A stretch of DNA of 63,296 nt, filler included, from Octopus bimaculoides (Eukaryota), in NCBI RefSeq assembly GCF_001194135.2. It is 6 parts of 5 records of this genome, joined end to end, with 100 filler letters (N's around TTAATTAATTAA, not from the genome) between each part and the next. Parts side by side here need not be neighbours in the genome. Positions count along the whole stretch, not along the records: positions 40,266 to 53,902 come from NC_069001.1; positions 54,003 to 58,551 come from NC_068989.1; positions 58,652 to 61,947 come from NC_068996.1; positions 62,048 to 63,296 come from NC_068991.1; 2 more parts are not named here. The stretch is one strand, 5' to 3'. Position 1 is the first letter of the stretch. Every line of letters starts with the position of its first letter. The notes below the pieces were generated by a model that saw only the letters and a list, made by a program, of their open reading frames with translations, ran no database searches and was not told the origin of the DNA. A program made the position numbers and the translations under genes. Below, in pieces: positions 51,370-63,296 of the stretch.

Positions 51370-51700
51370 CTACATGTGTATATAGATGCATATCAGGGTA
51401 CAGGACGTTAGAACAATGAACTACAGACAACGGAACGAACACATAGGAAAACAGATAGCCACTTGGAATTAATCCTTCGTCAGCTGCCTCTATTCTAACT
51501 CGACGTTTCGAAGATAAGGCAGAACGTACTCTAGAATAGTCTCTTCCTGAGTAGTGGATCAACCACTAAACAGAGGATTCCAAGGTGGCAATCACAAACC
51601 AAGACAGAAAAAATTGGACAGTGAAAACAACATAGCGAACACATGTTACAATGAAGTAGAGAAATTTGAAAAGACAACACGAAACCGGTTATTTCTCAAA
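51370..51700 (-). mobile_element. Penelope-like repeat related to family G
   Basis: Starts GGGTACAGGACG in a TA-rich tract; minus strand carries GAAACGTC followed by CTGACGA. Confidence 0.5.
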
Positions 51701-51815
51701 ATACAATGTTTATATACCAAAAAGATTTTATAACATTTTTCTGACATAATTTAAATATATACTTTAACCATGTAACACAAGCCTTCTGTAGTTTTTTCAC
51801 TCTTATTATCTTTTA

Positions 51816-51855
<40 letters not shown>

Positions 51856-52312
51856 CACACTCACACATATAAGGAACACCTCGCTGTGTTATTGTACCTA
51901 GCCATTTCTGGTGCCCTACGCGTTGATGTGCCTAGATTCTTATGGATCCTGTAACTGTGTATGCAGATGATCGATGGCATCTCAACGCATATACTACCCA
52001 AACTGCTGCTGCTGTTAAAGTTGATGAGGCTGCGGCCGGCGCCACTGCTGCTGCTGTTGCTGCTGCTGTTGTTGTTGTTCTTGTTGTTGCTACTGTTGCT
52101 GCTGCTGTTGCTGCTATAGTTGCAGTGGGATTCCATAATCTCCAATGTCCCTCGTTACAGTACTCCAAGCCTTGTACTACTGATGCCATAGACACAGCGG
52201 TTAGCCAATAAATTATACATACATGCACGCACACATACAAACATATACATACGTATGAGTGTGTTGTGTGCGTGCGCGCGAATATGTGTGCGTGTGAGTG
52301 CGCGCGCGCGTG

Positions 52313-52352
<40 letters not shown>

Positions 52353-52746
52353 CAATCATCAGCATATAAAAATGTATAAAATTCAATATCGTTCGCTCCT
52401 ACTAACTCTACTACTGCGACCACCACTACCACTAGCACTACCACTACCACTACCACTACTACCACCACCACCACAACCACCGCCGCCATACATCACCATT
52501 ATTGCTAGTGCTGGCGGTGCTGGTGCGGGAGTGTGGTGGAGTGGACAGAAGGAGAGGGAGTGCGGGTGGCGGTGGGTGTGACAAACGGGCAGGGAAGCAA
52601 GGAGTCGTGAAACTACTGGTGGCTTACCAATATAGCGGAATTGGCGCAGCTATTTATAGCAGAGACAAAGCAATAGCTGAACATAGCACGCTTCTATTTA
52701 TGCATTAATATGTGCGTGCGTCCAAGCGCGCACGTGTGTGTGTGTG

Positions 52747-52783
<37 letters not shown>

Positions 52784-53193
52784 NNNNNNNNNNNNNNNNN
52801 NNNNNNNNNNNNNNNNNNNNNNNNNNNNNNNNNNNNNNNNNNNNNNNNNNNNNNNNNNNNNNNNNNNNNNNNNNNNNNNNNNNNNNNNNNNNNNNNNNNN
52901 NNNNNNNNNNNNNNNNNNNNNNNNNNNNNNNNNNNNNNNNNNNNNNNNNNNNNNNNNNNNNNNNNNNNNNNNNNNNNNNNNNNNNNNNNNNNNATACATA
53001 TATATATATATATATATCAGTGTATATATATAATGTATGTGTGAGAATTCGTGTCGGATTGTTGTTTGCGGAAAATATATGTATATAATAAATATAAACC
53101 AGTCAATATATTATTTCATAAACAAAAGCAGGGCTATAGATAATATGAACGCGTGTGTTTATGAATGTATATCGTATAATGTGTGTATATATA

Positions 53194-53226
<33 letters not shown>

Positions 53227-53323
53227 ATATATATACGTATACATGCATCTATATATGTACATATATATATGTAAGTGTATGTATATATATATATATATTC
53301 ATACATATATTTATATACATACA

Positions 53324-53398
<75 letters not shown>

Positions 53399-53495
53399 CT
53401 GTATGTATATATCTGCATGTATATATACATATATGCATACATGCATACATGCATGCATACATACATACATACATACATACATACATACAGGCATG

Positions 53496-53555
<60 letters not shown>

Positions 53556-53559
53556 CAGA

Positions 53560-53823
53560 TGTGAGCTGTTCATTCTGCAAAGCTCTGACTGGTCTTGGAA
53601 TTATTGCCGCAGCAAAGAGTAAGGCTATAAATTCCTTGACTGAAGCTGGATAAAGAGGACAAACGAATGGTTTGCTGCCAGTTGCATGCAAGCTGGAACT
53701 TGTTCAACCCCGGCTTAGTCAACTGAGAAAAGAGGGCCTGACGATGAAGGACCAAAACACCTCCCTGACCCCCAGAAGCATCAGTGACGTTGGCACCCAG
53801 AAGACTTGCGAGATGTTTCTTTA
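53560..53823 (+). mobile_element. 3' fragment of an RLE-type (HERO-like) LINE
   Basis: [26 protein letters not shown] resembles the RLE C-terminal LG..G....AI...EAA motif; 3' UTR-like GACCAAAACACC...CATCAGTGACG. Recalled similarity only. Confidence 0.5.
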
Positions 53824-53867
53824 AACTGTATATATATATATGTATATACATACATATATACATATAC

Positions 53868-53900
<33 letters not shown>

Positions 53901-54449
53901 TANNNNNNNNNNNNNNNNNNNNNNNNNNNNNNNNNNNNNNNNNNNNTTAATTAATTAANNNNNNNNNNNNNNNNNNNNNNNNNNNNNNNNNNNNNNNNNN
54001 NNGGGGTGCACTTCGACACTTGGTGGTTATGAGATGATGTCGAGTATGTATGTATGTATGTATGTATGTATGTATGTATGTATGTATGTATGCATGTGTG
54101 TATGTATGTATGTCATTATTCAGTTTATTTCAAGATCTCTTGCCAACAGAGAAGGAATCGGTTTCTAACCTAAACCCAAGGCTCCTTCATTGGAATTTCA
54201 ACATCAAGAACAGGGTATTTTTGTATGTATGTATGTATGTATGTATGTATGTATGTGCAGATTTGCATGTTTTATGTATGTATTCTCATGCATATAGTTG
54301 CATATCTAGATACGCTCATATATGTTTAAATCGTAAACTTCTGGAAAGTTTTACAGATTTTTACAGTTCCAATGATAAAGTGAATCTGTAGTCTTCATGT
54401 ATGTATGTATGTACGAAAGCTCGTATGTATCATTAAAAAAAATCATTGG

Positions 54450-54670
54450 AATATAAGGCTTTCTAAGTTTGGTGCACGGATAGCAGTTCTGAGAGGAAGG
54501 GAAAGTCAGTTACATCGAACTCAGAACTTGATTGGTATTTTATTTTATTAACCCTGAAAAGATGGAAGGCAAAACTGAGCGCGGCAAGATTTACATTCAG
54601 ACCATAAAGCCGGTGCGAAAGCTGTTAACCGTTTATCCAATGCACAAACAATCCTGCTAGTGCGTCACCT
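54450..54670 (-). mobile_element. Decayed SINE E
   Basis: Reverse-complement match. Confidence 0.65.
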
Positions 54671-55667
54671 TTTTCTCCCATTTTGGATCTTCTTAAAATT
54701 CTTCCAACTGTTTGAAATATTTCGAATTTTCACTAGATCTTTTAAAAATTTTCTACTCTGATGACAACAATCGCATTCATTCTTTTCAGGAATTAAAAAT
54801 AAAGAAGTTACAAGCGTTTAAAATTAGGTGATTTTAGCCAATCAGAATCCTTCATTGGTGACATATCAGAAGTAATAACTGTCTGTTGTATGGAAACCCT
54901 ATTTTGTCGTTGTTTACTAACGAGTCGACGATGAGAAAATGAAAACAGTATGGAACCTTGAACTTTCCCTCGAATGAAGAGAATATAATGCAAGAAAACA
55001 AGGCAGTTAAAATGTTTTTCAAGCATTTACAAAATTGCATTCAAATAATTTTTCAAATAAGTCAGATTTTTCGCACCGGTGGCGTCATATGAGCTCACCA
55101 GCAAATCTGGTGAAAATTTGAAATCTTTCATGCGGTTAAGAAAATTTTTCAACGATCCTGTATTTTCTCTGTTATTCACATGACATGTTATTTTCCTTGT
55201 CTACTGTCTCCATCAACTATAATACTTAACACCACCACCCTTTTATTTTAAGAGGTACAAATAAATATTTATTGTTCAATGAGAAGCAGACGATAAAAAT
55301 TCGTATCTCGTTAAAGTTTAGTATTTTTTGTCATATTAACAAGTTTTTTTACCTTTCATCATCTGTTTTAAACTTCAATGTGTTGTAGAGATTATCATTG
55401 TGAAAGTAAAGACTTATATCGGCTTCTGTAGTCACTGTCAGCAATGTGCGATCGAAAAACTAAAACATTTAATGCTAGCTCGTAATATTTTAAATACAAA
55501 GAAATCTTTTCTTTTTGCCTTCGTTTCATTGGTTATCAAGGGTAACCTATGATACACACTCAATGGGCAGTAATTAAAAAATGAAAAAACGTTTTCCGAA
55601 AAATATGAAGAATTTATCTTAAGGTCAGACAATTAAACATCGTTTAATTAATAAAATAATAACAATA

Positions 55668-55885
55668 CCGTATTTTCCGGATTACAAGTCAACATAGTAT
55701 ATATATATCGCGTAAATACCTCGTGCAAGCATTCAAACATAGTTACTATCTTTCCAAATACTGCTGCATTTCACATGGAATTTTTGGTCACCTCAAATCG
55801 TTTTAGTGTATAAGTCGACCTACCCACCACTTTTTTTTGGCTGATTTTGGTCTGAAAAATTCGACTTGTATGCCGGAAAATACTG
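55668..55885. mobile_element. pogo/Tigger-type MITE
   Basis: TA + CCGTATTTTCCGGATTACAAGTC vs rc CAGTATTTTCCGGCATACAAGTC (20/23). Confidence 0.75.
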
Positions 55886-56752
55886 CTATGATAATTTAGC
55901 TTCAATTTTGTATTAAAAATCGTATGCTGAGATTACTGTATAGTCCATGCATCGGCAAAAGACAGTTACTCAAAATATGGCGCATTGGGATCGAACGGAA
56001 AACCATGTGATTGGGAAGAGAACTGAAACATAAAAATCTCAGCGCTTAGGATAAGAGAAAGCAAACAAGTGGAGTCTTAAGTAGTTGTTTGTAGTTGGGA
56101 GTATATATGCATATATAAATGGATGTATGTATGTATGTGTATGTATGTATACGCATACATACATAAAGACACATTCACATACACATATATGTATATATGT
56201 ATATGTGTGTGTGGGTGTGTATATATATAATAAATATATATATATATATATATATATACACAAGCACACACATACACTTATATATGTATAAGCATGCCTA
56301 CGTGCATAGGTATATTTACGACATAGTATTAAGGTACATACGTGTGTGTGTGTGTGTGTGTGTCTGCGTATACCTAAGTGTGTGAAAATTACACGCATGT
56401 GTTCATTATGTATGTGTGTTTAGGCAATCACCTAGAAAGTGTTTTTAAGTTGATTAAATGAAAATGATAATGTGATTAAGATGAGTTGGCTTCGGAAACA
56501 ATGGTACGTGACAAGAATACGGATTCTCTCTGATCACTGGAAACTTTTCAGACAACATTAAGTCTTTAGAAGGAACTAAAAATCTCTTAAATATCTGTCT
56601 CTAACAGAACAGAGTTAGTTGTCAAGTTGACGGACAAAGTTTGAAGAAGAATGGAATATTGAAATACATTATGTTCTCGAAGAGTTTTCGTCCAGATGTA
56701 GAATATCGAAAACAGAGACCAAAGACTGAAAATTTCATTTATTTATTTATTA

Positions 56753-56818
<66 letters not shown>

Positions 56819-56831
56819 GTTGTTGTTGTTG

Positions 56832-56905
<74 letters not shown>
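56753..56905. repeat. (TAT)n microsatellite with an embedded (TGT)6 block
   Basis: Read directly from the sequence. Confidence 0.95.
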
Positions 56906-57329
56906 NNNNNNNNNNNNNNNNNNNNNNNNNNNNNNNNNNNNNNNNNNNNNNNNNNNNNNNNNNNNNNNNNNNNNNNNNNNNNNNNNNNNNNNNNNNNNNN
57001 NNNNNNNNNNNNNNNNNNNNNNNNNNNNNNNNNNNNNNNNNNNNNNNNNNNNNNNNNNNNNNNNNNNNNNNNNNNNNNNNNNNNNNNNNNNNNNNNNNNN
57101 NNNNNNNNNNNNNNNNNNNNNNNNNNNNNNNNNNNNNNNNNNNNNNNNNNNNNNNNNNNNNNNNNNNNNNNNNNNNNNNNNNNNNNNNNNNNNNNNNNNN
57201 NNNNNNNNNNNNNNNNNNNNNNNNNNNNNNNNNNNNNNNNNNNNNNNNNNNNNNNNNNNNNNNNNNNNNNNNNNNNNNNNNNNNNNNNNNNNNNNNNNNN
57301 NNNNNNNNNNNNNGTAATCGGCAAGTCCC

Positions 57330-57710
57330 TTCCTCACAAATTTCAGGCTTTGTGCTTTTAGGCGGAGGTATTGTTCTCAGTCGTGTTTGTTTGTTTGTTT
57401 GTCCATGGACGAGATATCTCAAGAACCGCTGAATAGATTCGGATGAAACTTTCAGGGATATTTGGTCACGTTACTGGCACGAACTGATTAGATTTTGGGA
57501 TCGATCCGTTATCGGACAAGGATTCTGTATTATTTTTCCGTTATTTTTTAATTAATTTTTGAGAGCGGTCGGTTTCATTGTTAGTATTCTCGTTTGAGAG
57601 AGCAGTCGAGTTTATTTCAGATATTCTCATTTTAAAGATCATCTCCGGCTAATCGTTGAGAGGATGTTGGTGTTCCCTTGGCGGAGGTTTGCGCTCTATG
57701 AGTACTTTTG
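57330..57710 (+). mobile_element. HINE/DINE-1-like (Helentron-associated) non-autonomous element
   Basis: GGCGGAGGT sub-terminal motifs, (GTTT)n near the 5' end, GATATCTCAAGAACC..GGATGAAACTT block, 3' stem-loop GCGCTCT..GAGTAC. Confidence 0.6.
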
Positions 57711-57799
57711 TTATTATTATTATTATTACTATTTTTACTGATAACGTCGCAAACTGTTTACACAACACTAGTTCCCTGTCACACACACACACACACGTA

Positions 57800-57955
57800 T
57801 GTGGCTGTGTGGTAAGAAGCTTATTTTCCAATCGCATGGTCCCGGGTTCAGTCCCTTTGCATGGCACTTTGGGCAAGTGTCTTCTACTATAGCCACGTGT
57901 CGACCAAAGCCCTGTGAGCAGATTTGGTAGACGGAAACTGAAAGAAAACCGAGGT
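57800..57955 (+). mobile_element. SINE A
   Basis: Matches the family A consensus. Confidence 0.8.
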
Positions 57956-57957
57956 AT

Positions 57958-58004
<47 letters not shown>

Positions 58005-58256
58005 GATATAATGATTTAGAATCAAGGTGCAGAAATGGTGGGCTCCGAATGAATAAGATAATGTAAACTGGTTGTAGAAAGAATTCCGCGAATTAGGTAC
58101 TCCAAAGCTAGTCAGAAGGACAGGGGTTCGTGTGAGCATGCGGTAAATAGTTAATAAGAAAAGAAAAAGACGGAAAAAAGACAAGAAAAATCAACGCGAG
58201 TACATGGTACAAGCAAAGTGTTACCAAGACGTTCAAAGAAGGAAAGAAAAAGTAGT

Positions 58257-58293
58257 TGTTTTACGTTTCGAGCAATGCTCTTCTTCGGAAACA
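58257..58293 (-). ncRNA. Minimal type I hammerhead motif (U4>C variant), same family as 15309-15345
   Basis: TGTTT-CCGAAGA-A-GAGC(ATT)GCTC-GAAA-CG-TA-AAACA. Confidence 0.55.
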
Positions 58294-58651
58294 GGAGACA
58301 TAGGAAAGTCCAAAAGAAAAAGGAGGAAAAAAAATCACCAACAGATTCCAAAAAATGTAACTACACGTGGACTGTTGGCAATTTCTTTCCCCCTTCTCGG
58401 AGCGTTTTATTAATACTTTGCATGTACCACGTCCTTGTGTTGCTTTTTCTTGTCTTTTTTCTTCATTGTTTTAATTATATATATGTATGTGTGTGTGTGT
58501 GTCTACGTTTGTTCCCTCACCATCGCTTGATGACTGAAACATAAAAATAAANNNNNNNNNNNNNNNNNNNNNNNNNNNNNNNNNNNNNNNNNNNNTTAAT
58601 TAATTAANNNNNNNNNNNNNNNNNNNNNNNNNNNNNNNNNNNNNNNNNNNN

Positions 58652-58785
<134 letters not shown>

Positions 58786-59022
58786 ACACATATTGGTATA
58801 TGCCACCATCATTGTCATCATCATCATCATCATCACCATTATCTTATGTCAGCTTATTTTATGTTGACATGGGTTGGGCACATAACAATAGTAAAAAGCA
58901 AGAGAGAAAACGCTGTACATTTGTCACATGTGTGTCTTTATCTGTAGTACCTTGTATCTGTCCTTATTTGGAGTTACTGTCCTCGTAGATTCATGGTTTA
59001 TACAATAATATATTTTAGCTAT

Positions 59023-59235
59023 TATCTTTTTACTTGTTTCTATCATTGGACAGCAGACATTCTAAGACACCGCTTTGCAAGGTTTAATTAAACAAATCGA
59101 CCCCATTGGTCTTTTTTTTTTTTTTTTTTTTTAGTCTGGAGCTCATTTTAGTGGTATCTTGTGCTGAACTGCTAAATTATGAGGATATAAACAAACCAAC
59201 TCCAGTTGTCAAGCAGTGGTAAAGGACACACACGC
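59023..59235 (-). mobile_element. SINE B segment
   Basis: Reverse-complement match to family B. Confidence 0.7.
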
Positions 59236-59264
59236 ATATAGATACATATCGATGCATATATGTG

Positions 59265-59632
59265 TGAGTATGATAAGAAGCTTGATTCCCAACCATGTGG
59301 TTTCAGGTTCAGTCCCACCGTGTGGTACCTGGAGTGTCTTATAGCCTCAGGCTGCCAACCAAAATCTTATGAGTGAATTTGGTAGACGGAAACTGAAAGA
59401 AGCCTGTCATATATATGGATGTATATGTCTATGTGTGTGTCCTTGTGTTTGTCCCCCACCACTGCTGGGCTACTGGTGTTTGTTTGTTTACATCTCCCAT
59501 AACTTGTCAGCTTGGCAAAAGACACCAAAAGACTTTTAAAAATATGTACTGGAGTCAATTTGTTAGACTAAACTGTTCCAGGTATTACCCCAGCAAGGCC
59601 ATAGTCCAATGACTGACAAAGTAAAAGATATA
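59265..59632 (+). mobile_element. Composite SINE A/B
   Basis: Colinear with 2323-2757. Confidence 0.8.
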
Positions 59633-59641
59633 TACATATTG

Positions 59642-59854
59642 AAATGCACTGTATTATATTTCCATTATGGCTAATCTTACCAATCAGTTCCAAAACCAGG
59701 GGTTCAGTGGAGTGTTAGATAACAGTCCGATTATGTAACCCTGTGCTCTTCAGGGTCACATAATCGGACTAACACTCCTAACACACCATTGAACCCCTAG
59801 TGAAAAACCAATCAGTAAGATTGGCTGTAATGGATATATAATACTGCTCATTTT
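59642..59854. mobile_element. Fold-back (palindromic) MITE-like element, ~100-bp arms, 7-nt loop
   Basis: Inner stem AGTCCGATTATGTAACCCTG / CAGGGTCACATAATCGGACT (19/20), with outer arms also complementary. Confidence 0.75.
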
Positions 59855-59922
59855 AGTTAATGCACCCACACTACTGACAAATATACGAGTGCATTTTATT
59901 CTGATTTATGGTTTCTTAGATG

Positions 59923-59977
<55 letters not shown>

Positions 59978-60010
59978 CTTTATTTAAGAGCAGCAGAAAT
60001 ATAACAAAAG

Positions 60011-60050
60011 ACTGTTACTCGGAGTTTCACGTTCCCGTTCATCAGACAGT
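60011..60050 (-). ncRNA. Minimal type I hammerhead ribozyme with intact core
   Basis: ACUGU-CUGAUGA-ACG(GGAA)CGU-GAAA-CUCCGAG-UA/ACAGU; perfect 5-bp stem I, GNRA-capped stem II, near-palindromic stem III ACUC-C-GAGU; predicted cleavage at 60016/60015. Confidence 0.7.
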
Positions 60051-60287
60051 TTNNNNNNNNNNNNNNNNNNNNNNNNNNNNNNNNNNNNNNNNNNNNNNNN
60101 NNNNNNNNNNNNNNNNNNNNNNNNNNNNNNNNNNNNNNNNNNNNNNNNNNNNNNNNNNNNNNNNNNNNNNNNNNNNNNNNNNNNNNNNNNNNNNNNNNNN
60201 NNNNNNNNNNNNNNNNNNNNNNNNNNNNNNNNNNNNNNNNNNNNNNNNNNNNNNNNNNNNNNNNNNNNNNNNNNNNNNNNNNNNNNN

Positions 60288-60352
<65 letters not shown>

Positions 60353-60462
60353 TACATGTGTGTGTGTGTGTATATATGTGTGTGTGAGTGTGTATGTGTA
60401 TGTGTGTATGTATGTATGTATGTATGTATGTACACACAACACACACACACACACACACACAA

Positions 60463-60612
60463 TGGGCTTCTTTCAGTTTCCGTCTACCAAATCCACTCAT
60501 AAAGTTTTGGTTGGCTTGGGGCAAAAGTAGAAGACACTTGCCCAAGATGTCATACAGTGGGACTGAACCCAAAATCATGTGGTTGGGAAGCAAATTTTCA
60601 ATTACACCTGCA
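60463..60612 (-). mobile_element. SINE A
   Basis: Reverse-complement match. Confidence 0.8.
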
Positions 60613-61019
60613 CCTATGCACTAAAACTATTTAATTTTTGTAAAGGCTGTGCCCCCTCCAGAAATGTTTTGAGTAGAAAATATCAGTTGGGAGCAGGAAG
60701 TGAAAAGAGGTGTAAGAGCAATGAAAAAATTACGTATGAAGGCAATTTACCTTTTATGGAGATGAGATAAATATTTAGATTAGATTTTTATGTTCTGATA
60801 GGAAACTAGATTGTTATGTGACAGCGGTAGAGATAAGAGAAGAGACGGGTGTTCATAAGTTTAACAGTGTTGATCGAAACTTGCCTTGTAAAAATACAGA
60901 CCTTACTTTAGATCATTGACTTGTAAAATTCCATGTTAAGAAAATAAGTTTGGCATTTTAGGATATTAGAAGCATCTCAAGAAAAGAAATAAAAATTAAA
61001 AATAGAGCCATACTCTTTT

Positions 61020-61429
61020 ACTGTTTTACTTGTTTCAGTCATTTGACTGTGGCCATGCTGGAGCACTGCCTTTAGTTGAGCAAATCGACCCCAGGACCTA
61101 TTCTTTGTAAGCCTAGTACTTATTCTATTGGTCTCTTAAGCCGAACCGCTAAGTTATGGGGACGTAAACACGCCACCATCGGTTGTCAAGCGATGTTGGA
61201 GGAACAAACAGACACACAAACATATACACACACACATACATACACACACATATATATACATATATACGACAAACTTCTTTCAGTTTCTGTCTACAAAATC
61301 CACTCACAAGGCTTTGGTCGGCCCGAGGCTATGGTAGCAGACACTTGTGCAAGGTGCCACGCAGTGGGACTGAACCTGGAACCATGTGGTTGGTAAGCAA
61401 AATACTTACCATACAGCCACTCCTGCGCC
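61020..61429 (-). mobile_element. Full composite SINE A/B
   Basis: Reverse complement of 2323-2757, including the head GGCGCAGGAGTGGCTG. Confidence 0.85.
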
Positions 61430-61901
61430 TATGCAAACAAAATTAAAAAAAAGAATGAGACACATCAGAAATTAAAGGAATGCACTGATGTTATTACCTG
61501 AAGAAATGAGATTGATATAAGTTTAATCTGCAACAGGAGGACCTGTATTGAGTTCTCCAACAGAATATATGCATAAAGTAACAGTTTAGAGAGTTTAAAT
61601 GACGTCTCACTGTGTTATAAGCTGAAATGGCATACATTTGTTAACAGCTTCATATGGCCTATATAGGTAACAGTGTGAACGACAATAGCTCAAAGTGCAT
61701 ATATGTGTAAATGAATTGAAGGATTTTCACATAGATATATTTCTAAATATATATAAACATTCATTCACAAACAATGGCCTGATCAAACAGTTAGGCCTTG
61801 AAAAATATTCCCATGGAACTATGATGTAATAACCCAAATGATGTGGGAGTGTGTCAGTCACTCACACACACATACGTAATTTATATATATATATATATAC
61901 T

Positions 61902-61947
<46 letters not shown>

Positions 61948-62186
61948 NNNNNNNNNNNNNNNNNNNNNNNNNNNNNNNNNNNNNNNNNNNNTTAATTAAT
62001 TAANNNNNNNNNNNNNNNNNNNNNNNNNNNNNNNNNNNNNNNNNNNNATATATATAGCTGGGTGGCTTGCTAGATAAATAGATAAAATATACACATAAGA
62101 TAGCGTGCAGGCATACGCTCTCTTTCTTTCCTTCTTTCTTTCTTTCATTCATTCATTCATTCACTCTCTCTCTCTCTCTCTCTCTC

Positions 62187-62236
<50 letters not shown>

Positions 62237-62449
62237 ACACACTCACTTACATATCCATACACACGCGCCCGCGCATTTCGACAAAACTCTGCAGAGCTGT
62301 TTCGCTGATCTGCTCGCACCTAGAACAGGCAGACGGCGTCATTTTCACACACACACACAAACTATCTATTGTAATTTATTTCGCAACGAATAATCTTTTA
62401 GTACATACATATTCACTAATATTATCTGTATTCTCTGTCTGAATCGTTG

Positions 62450-62780
62450 GTGCGTCAGACAAAATGGTTCACAGTATCTGTTCCTGCTCGTCACGTCCTG
62501 AATTCATATCTGGCCGATATCAAATTTGCCTTTCACCATTTCGGGGTTGATAAAATGAAATAAAATACAAATCCAGTATTGACCATCTCCACTTCCCTCA
62601 AAACTGAAAGTTTCGAACCTAAATTCGGAGCAATAGTTATTGAGGACCGCGAGCTGGCAGAATCGATAGTGTCGGAGAAACGTCTCAAGCTGTTTCTTCT
62701 GGATCATTGTGTTCAGAGTTCCAATCGCGCCTTGGTCAACTTTGCTTTTATCTTTCCGGAACCCATAAAATAAACTACTT
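62450..62780 (+). mobile_element. Two decayed tandem SINE E copies
   Basis: GCGAGCTGGCAGAATCG head and CTTTGC(C/T)TTT(C/T)A body motifs. Confidence 0.6.
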
Positions 62781-63130
62781 GTTTAATGCTAGGATCTGTT
62801 TTTTTTTTATTACCCATGCGAGCCAACATAGAGGGGACAATACAACGTGATCGGGGTCACATACAAACGGATGATATAATAAAATTTTACATGTACAATG
62901 AAATCGAATGAATTACGACACAATAAATTACTAACAATAAATTACAAACAATAAATCACACGATGAGGTGTTCAAAACAGGTATGCTCCGACCCCACGAG
63001 CCCTATCTTTAGCACCGACTTACTGGTAGTCACACAAGCGTGCTCACGCAGGGCCTTTCACTCCCAATATGCGTGCTACACGCGTCCATCGTTTTTTAAA
63101 TTCACTCTCTGACAAACACCTCTTTTCCAG

Positions 63131-63191
63131 CCCAACCTTCCTTTTCAAGTGAAAAGTGATCATTTTCACGAGGGCGAAGCCGGAGACGCAG
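63131..63191 (+). CDS. Candidate 61-nt exon (PNLPFQVKSDHFHEGEAGDA)
   Basis: Acceptor CCTCTTTTCCAG, donor CAG|GTATGT, open frame, CpG-rich unique DNA; competes with the minus-strand interpretation. Confidence 0.25.
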
Positions 63192-63276
63192 GTATGTGTC
63201 ACGATACCTTTCATTCTCGACTTCCAAATCACCTCTCTCGCAATTGCTACTACAACTACGAGAAAACAATTCTTAC

Positions 63277-63296
63277 CTTCTTTCGCCAGGAAATCC
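63277..63296 (-). CDS. Candidate exon end at the window edge (DFLAKE, or UTR)
   Basis: GAAG|GTAAGA donor on the minus strand in CpG-rich unique DNA. Confidence 0.2.

Noticed and set aside
54830-55140. AGCCAATCAGAA...ATGGAAAC block reminiscent of Crypton-like non-autonomous repeats
   Set aside because: Single copy here, no defined ends, and similarity recalled only vaguely.
63044-63232. 62-aa minus-strand ORF MIWKSRMKG...
   Set aside because: GTG start, no recognisable motif, and it overlaps better-supported splice signals.
63277-63296. Collagen-like GFPGER reading at the window end
   Set aside because: Only two triplets, and the splice phase would not give the required next Gly.

Overview
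Eukaryotic draft-assembly DNA with many N gaps and dense microsatellites. The SINE sequences are recognisably octopus-type, so this is most likely Octopus (inference from recalled repeat sequences, no database search). No complete protein-coding gene can be read, and almost all ORF-track entries come from microsatellites or N runs. The window is a stack of transposons: several tRNA-derived SINE families (my working labels A/B, C, D, E, I); decayed LINEs (two RTE, one I/Jockey-like, one R4/Dong-like, one HERO-like); an ORF1/gag-like zinc-knuckle frame; three mariner fragments; piggyBac-, hAT- and pogo-type MITEs; Helitron/HINE-like pieces; and Penelope-like terminal repeats. A few short candidate exons are present but are low confidence. 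The main hidden signal is five type I hammerhead ribozyme motifs from four unrelated sequence contexts. Two have fully intact catalytic cores on the minus strand (48612-48662 and 60011-60050); the first has a real stem III and sits inside a ~160-nt fold-back. Other notable items: an R4-like LINE bracketed by (ACAT)n on both sides, a 365-codon ORF1-like frame interrupted only by four TAG codons, two SINE dimers with the same junction, and several long hairpins. Most repeat boundaries are approximate (+/- ~10-20 nt); ribozyme, TSD and splice coordinates were counted base by base.
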